From: Myxococcota bacterium | Lineage (GTDB): Bacteria > Myxococcota_A > UBA9160 > UBA6930 | Reading direction: 5' to 3' | NCBI GenBank assembly: GCA_965223415.1 | Contig: OZ245002.1 | Location: 4,160,001-4,224,000, forward strand | DNA length: 64,000 nt | Shown here: piece by piece, positions 59,634 to 64,000 of the stretch | How the letters are laid out: every line of letters begins with the position of its first letter | How positions within the stretch are numbered: the stretch's first letter is position 1 | The notes under the pieces: model-generated | The model's database searches: none | What the model was told of the DNA's origin: nothing | Seen by the model: the letters and a program-made list of their open reading frames with translations, nothing else | Program-made: the position numbers and the translations under genes

Positions 59634-60377
59634 TCAGCGCCAGCTCACGAGGGTCTTCTCGATCTCCTCCCGCGCCCTGGTGAGGACGGCCATCGGGTCT
59701 TCCTCCGGGTGGCGCGCGACGGGGGCCCCGATGTGCACGCGAACCCGCGTTCCGAAGGGGACGGGCAGCAGGTTGAAGCGCAGCAGCCGCCACGATTCGT
59801 CGATGGCGATGGGCACGACCGGCACGTCCGGGGCCGCCTCCAGCAGGGCCAGCGCTCCCGCCGGGCGGAAGGGCCCGAGCTCGCCGGCGCGCGCCCGGGT
59901 GCCCTCGGGATAGATGACGGCCGACACCCCACGCTCCCGAACCCGCTCGCCCAGCTCGCGGATCGCCCGGGTCGCCTGCTCCCGGTCCCGGCGATCGATG
60001 ATCGCGTTCCCGCCGCGCCGGAGGTTGTAGGAGATGCTCGGGATCCAGTGGGCGAGCTCGCGCTTCGACACGTACTTGGGGAAGTTCGAGAACAGCAGCG
60101 CGCCAAGGATCGGGATGTCGAACATGCTCTGGTGGTTCGCGATGAAGACGTAAGGGGTGTGCGTGCGTACCTCGGCGGAGCGATCCACGACGATCCGCGT
60201 GCCCGCCAGGCGGAACGCCTGGACGAGAGCGATCTGGAGCCAGCCTGCGACGATCTCCTGCGGTCGCTGGCCGGCCAGGCGGGCGATGCGTTGGAGCGGA
60301 TCGAAGACGAGGAGGATCCCCCCGAAGCCGATGAGGAAGGGAAGGGTGAAGATCCAGTCGACGGGCCGACCGCGCAT
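59634..60377 (-). CDS. Lysophospholipid acyltransferase (PlsC-like)
   Basis: NHQSMFD, K.EL, IDR, YPEGTR. Confidence 0.9.
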   Translation of the reverse strand: MRGRPVDWIFTLPFLIGFGGILLVFDPLQRIARLAGQRPQEIVAGWLQIALVQAFRLAGTRIVVDRSAEVRTHTPYVFIANHQSMFDIPILGALLFSNFPKYVSKRELAHWIPSISYNLRRGGNAIIDRRDREQATRAIRELGERVRERGVSAVIYPEGTRARAGELGPFRPAGALALLEAAPDVPVVPIAIDESWRLLRFNLLPVPFGTRVRVHIGAPVARHPEEDPMAVLTRAREEIEKTLVSWR

Positions 60378-60421
60378 GACCGGAGTTTGACAGCCGGGAG
60401 CCGCTGCGCACCCCGGCGGCG

Positions 60422-60604
60422 TCAGCCGCGGCCAATCACCTCGAGCCGGTACTCACAGGTGAGACATCGGCGCATCGCGCGCTGGGTGCGCTCGTTCCGG
60501 GCCTCGAGCCGCTCGACCTCGGTGCGCAGCCGCTCGATCTCGCGCTGCTGGGCCAGGAGCCGTCGCTCCCGGGCGAAGAACCTCGTCCACTTCCGCATGG
60601 CCAT
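60422..60604 (-). CDS. Small coiled-coil hypothetical protein with CxxC
   Basis: Heptad pattern followed by RRCLTCEY; co-oriented with neighbours. Confidence 0.55.
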   Translation of the reverse strand: MAMRKWTRFFARERRLLAQQREIERLRTEVERLEARNERTQRAMRRCLTCEYRLEVIGRG

Positions 60605-60614
60605 GGCGGGCCGA

Positions 60615-61448
60615 TCAGGCCGAGCCTCCGGCCTTCCAACCCATCCGGACCGTGCAGGAGGTGTCGGGCAGGTGCGGTTCGAACTCCATCGAGAGGCCGC
60701 CGCCGGCGCCGGCGAAGAGCCGCTCGAAGGCTCCCTTGCAGATCAAGAGGCAGCCCTCCTCGGGTAGCGCGTCCGGGTTCGGCAGGGAGTCGGCCCTGGG
60801 GCACACGTGCCAGGCACAATCCGGCACCTCCATTACCACCGAGCCTGCGGCGGGATCGAACTCGGTGATCTCGGCGGGGCCGGTGAGGAAGCCGGCCGGG
60901 TTGAACATCTCGAAGGCGAGCTTCTGGAAGCCGCGCGGCGGGCCCGCCGGGCCTGCGGAGGCCGGCTTCGAGCGCGCCTTCTCGGACATGCTGTTCATCA
61001 TCGCGAGGAAATCGGGAGAGTTCTCGTAAGCGAGGGCGACGCTCGTACCGACGACGATCTCCTCGTACTGCTCGCGGGAGAAGTGCTTGCGCAGCTCCAG
61101 CAGGCACCACTCGGCCTCGCGAACGAAGTTGCCGTAGCGCTTGCGCCAGCGCTCTCGGGGCGAGTCGAGGCGGCGCACCTCCTCCCGCCGGTCGCGGATC
61201 CCGGCGAAGCGCCGGTCGATGTCCTCCGGGTCGCCGACCAGGCGGAGGATCGGGAGGAAGGTGTAGTGCACCATCGGCCACGCCCGCTCCACGATCATCT
61301 TCTTCGACATGAACATGTCGATCCACGCCTGGGGCCCGTACTCGTAGAGGAGGCCGCGGGTGCCGGCCGCCTTGCGCCGTGCGGGCAGGGTGGTGGTCCG
61401 CGGCCCAGCGGGCCGCGCGTCCTGCAGGGGAGGGGGCTCGGTTGCCAT
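60615..61448 (-). CDS. Hypothetical protein with D27 (DUF4033)-like Cys-rich C-terminal domain
   Basis: FLTGPAEI...DCAW..C...GCLLICK...F....L.M..EP...D.SC...G. Confidence 0.6.
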   Translation of the reverse strand: MATEPPPLQDARPAGPRTTTLPARRKAAGTRGLLYEYGPQAWIDMFMSKKMIVERAWPMVHYTFLPILRLVGDPEDIDRRFAGIRDRREEVRRLDSPRERWRKRYGNFVREAEWCLLELRKHFSREQYEEIVVGTSVALAYENSPDFLAMMNSMSEKARSKPASAGPAGPPRGFQKLAFEMFNPAGFLTGPAEITEFDPAAGSVVMEVPDCAWHVCPRADSLPNPDALPEEGCLLICKGAFERLFAGAGGGLSMEFEPHLPDTSCTVRMGWKAGGSA

Positions 61449-61497
61449 GGCGTGCTCCTGATCGGCTCCCGAGCAGGCTAGCAGCCTCGGCGGCGGG

Positions 61498-61884
61498 TCA
61501 GTGCGGAAGCGTCCAGCGCTGGTCGCTGGCGCTCTCGAGCCGCCGCTCGGTGCGGGAGTAGCGGAGGGGCGCGGCGGCGAAGGGATCCTCCGGCACGTGG
61601 ACGAGGTAGTCCGGAACGAGGGCGCCCAGGGTCTCGGGCAGCTCGCCGCGATCCGCCTGTCAGGCCCGGAGGCCGGCCTGGGCGAGATGCGCGGAGCGCT
61701 GGGCCTGGGTCTCGCACCCGCGGCGCCGTTAGCGGGAGAAGTCGGGCACGGCGATCGAGGCGAGCACGCGCCCGATGCCGTTGGGGCCCGGCGCGGCCTC
61801 ACCCTCCAGGATGCGGTAGATTCCCACGGCGAGCGCGCCGAAGAGCAGGCAGCCCGCGGCCAGAACGGTCAGCAAGGCTCTCAT
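61498..61884 (-). pseudogene. Membrane-anchored pseudopilin-like protein with two in-frame stops
   Basis: One frame from ATG 61884; TAA at 61729-61731 and TGA at 61660-61662; GELPETLGALVPDYL..VPEDPF motif. Confidence 0.6.
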
Positions 61885-61994
61885 GGCCACCGCAACGGCA
61901 GCCCGCTACCGCCGGTTGAAGCGCACGCTGCCGACCGGCCTCGAGCCGGTCGAAGTGTCCGGAGCTGCCGGGACCCGGTTGCGCTGGATCCGGC

Positions 61995-63947
61995 CTAGCG
62001 GCCCGCCACCCGTCGGCCTCGCGACTTGCCCGCGCCCGCCTTGCGCTTGGATCCATTCCTGCGGTCGTGTCGCGCCTTCTTCTTCGCCGGGCGTCGCGGG
62101 CTCGCTTCGGCCCGCTGTCGACCACGCCTCTCGCGAGGCTCGGCCTTCGGCCGCGCATTCCGCTTGGCCATCTTTCGCGAGCTCCGCTCCGGGCGACGCG
62201 CCCGCTCGCGCCCTCCCTTGCGCTTCTCGGCGGCTACCTGCTTCGGACGTGTCCTGCGCTTCTTCGTCGCGGCCTGCTTGGAGTGTCCTCGGCGCTTCTT
62301 CGCCGTGACCCGCTTCGGCTCCGAACGGCGCTTCTTCGCGACGGTCCGCTTGGTCCGCTGGCGCTCCTTCGCGACGGTCCGCTTGGTCCGCTGGCGCTTC
62401 TTCGCCGTCATCTCCTCGCGAGAGGAGCCCCGTCCGCTGGCCTTCGCGCGCTCGCGCCGTGCCTTGCGCGCTCGGGTCTCGCGATTCCCGGGCTGGCCGT
62501 CGCTCCGCTCGACCTTGCCTCTCCGCCGGCCGTCGCTCCGGGCGGCCTTGCCCCTGCGGCGGCCGTTGCGGCGGTCGTCGAGCTCCGCTCCTCGCCTCTT
62601 TGGGGCCAGCCGGGCATGTCGACGCGGGCGGCGGTCGCGGTCGTCGCGCCCGGCCCGGCGTTGATCCTTCCGGTCGAAGTGGCGCCGGTGCTCGTCGTGG
62701 CGGTCGAATCGGCGCCCGCGATCGTCGTGCCGGTCTAGGTGGCGCCGGCGATCGCGGTGTCGATCGGCGTGATGTCGGCGATCGTGGTGACGGTGGGATC
62801 GGTGGGCGTGGTGCGCTCGGCGGATCCCCTCGGCGTGGTGGACGTGCCGCACACGGTGGTGATGGGAATAGCGCCGCACGTAGTGGTGGCTCGGATGATG
62901 AGCACGCAGCCAATAGAGGAAGGGGAAGGACGGCGCCGCGAACACGACCAGCGAGTGCCCGTGACCGTGGAAGCCGAGATGGCCCCACGTGGCCCGCGGG
63001 TACCAGAGCGCGTGGGCGTGGGCCGCGGGCACGAAGAAGTCGCAGCAACGCGCGGGGTAGCCGTACCAGTAGGGGTAGGGCCGAACGCGGGAGGCGAGGG
63101 ACCGGCCCTCCCGATGGCCCTCCTCGTAGCCGTCCTCGAATCCCTGGTCGTAGTCGTCCCAGCGGGGCCCGACCTGCGCCTCCCAATCCGCGGCGACCGT
63201 GGTCACCTGCTCCCGCAGCACCGGGTCTTCGCGGATCGCCTCGGACCACTCGTCGCGCTCCCGCTCGTCGTTCGCGGCGACCTCCACCGACAGCTCGGCC
63301 AGCCACTCCTGCACCTCGGCCGGCCGGCTGGCGTAGGCCTCGCCCAGGGCCACCGTGGTCCGGAGGTTCTCCGCGAGCACGCTCAGCAGCGCCGGCTCGT
63401 CGGCGACGCGCTCGAGGGCGTCGGCCAGCGAGGGCTCGAGCCCTTCGAGCAGGTCAGCGAACGCCGCTTCGATCTCGTCGTGGAGCGCGTCCATCTCGAC
63501 GAGCGCGGGGTGGGACCCGGAGGCCGCGCGGCGGGCGGCGTCTTCCACGTTCTCGGCAATCCGGTCCAGGATCTCCCGGGCTTCCGTCGCGTCCTCGCGA
63601 GCCAGGGCGGAGACGAGCGCGGGGTGGCGCGCGAGCTCCCACAGATCGTCGCGCTCCTGCTGGCTGCGGCCCTCCAGGATCTCCTCGAAGCTGCGGCCAG
63701 ACCAGGCGCGGATGTTCTCGACGCCGACGATCAGATCCGGGTGCCCACTCACCCGCAGGGCGTCGTCCCGCAACGCCCCGGGCTGGCGCGCGATGGCTTC
63801 CAGGGCTTCGCGCTCCGCCGCATCGCGGGGCAGCTCGTCCCAATCGGGCGCGGCGACGCCCGGCGCGGCCCACCCGAGGGTGAGCACACAGCACGCCCAC
63901 AGGAAGGGAAGGAAGGGGGCTCGCCGAGGGTGTCGAACAGGGGGCAT
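61995..63947 (-). CDS. Secreted protein: acidic helical domain, His-rich segment, Lys/Arg-rich repetitive tail
   Basis: Signal peptide; PYPYWYGYP; HH-rich tract; ~11-aa KR repeats with near-exact 33-bp tandem copies at 62335-62400. Confidence 0.65.
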   Translation of the reverse strand: MPPVRHPRRAPFLPFLWACCVLTLGWAAPGVAAPDWDELPRDAAEREALEAIARQPGALRDDALRVSGHPDLIVGVENIRAWSGRSFEEILEGRSQQERDDLWELARHPALVSALAREDATEAREILDRIAENVEDAARRAASGSHPALVEMDALHDEIEAAFADLLEGLEPSLADALERVADEPALLSVLAENLRTTVALGEAYASRPAEVQEWLAELSVEVAANDERERDEWSEAIREDPVLREQVTTVAADWEAQVGPRWDDYDQGFEDGYEEGHREGRSLASRVRPYPYWYGYPARCCDFFVPAAHAHALWYPRATWGHLGFHGHGHSLVVFAAPSFPFLYWLRAHHPSHHYVRRYSHHHRVRHVHHAEGIRRAHHAHRSHRHHDRRHHADRHRDRRRHLDRHDDRGRRFDRHDEHRRHFDRKDQRRAGRDDRDRRPRRHARLAPKRRGAELDDRRNGRRRGKAARSDGRRRGKVERSDGQPGNRETRARKARRERAKASGRGSSREEMTAKKRQRTKRTVAKERQRTKRTVAKKRRSEPKRVTAKKRRGHSKQAATKKRRTRPKQVAAEKRKGGRERARRPERSSRKMAKRNARPKAEPRERRGRQRAEASPRRPAKKKARHDRRNGSKRKAGAGKSRGRRVAGR

Positions 63948-64000
63948 CGCTCGCTCCTCTCCCTGCGAAGGGGTTCGCAGGCTTCGACGCAACGCCCGTC

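Noticed and set aside
61498..61884. Stop-codon readthrough or recoding
   Set aside because: Two different stops (TAA and TGA) and no recoding signal; neighbouring genes use the standard code, so decay is the simpler explanation.

Overview
GC-rich bacterial chromosome segment, probably Myxococcota/deltaproteobacterial (PilZ-type protein, PEP-CTERM and Cys-type C-terminal sorting tails; the taxon is an inference). 1-19 kb is mostly core: tolB-cpoB-dksA-tsaD-rsmA, panB-panC-panD-smpB behind a structured attenuator leader, a P450, phosphatases, a heme-tipped Ig/cadherin-repeat surface protein, and ssrA (tmRNA, tag ADDNYALAA). An IS110 element sits exactly at the panB stop codon. Its 5' non-coding end contains a bridge RNA whose four guide segments match, by eye, its own insertion site and its circular donor junction. 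Two tandem islands follow ssrA and end at ssrA 3' repeats near 26.0 and 31.6 kb. They carry a tyrosine integrase whose reading frame runs through the att core, an IS91/ISCR-type HUH transposase with a 2-kb doubly truncated cargo bracketed by a duplicated 92-bp oriIS-like end, a vapBC module, and a sulfotransferase split by an IS21 element. An IS1380 element follows. 35-64 kb is metabolic and accessory: a non-phosphorylative L-fucose-type pathway, GSTs, a GH3 glycosidase, a Tat-signal Fe/Mn-SOD-like protein, a D27-like Cys-rich protein and several gene remnants. No CRISPR array, rRNA or tRNA was seen. All family calls come from motif recognition, not database searches.
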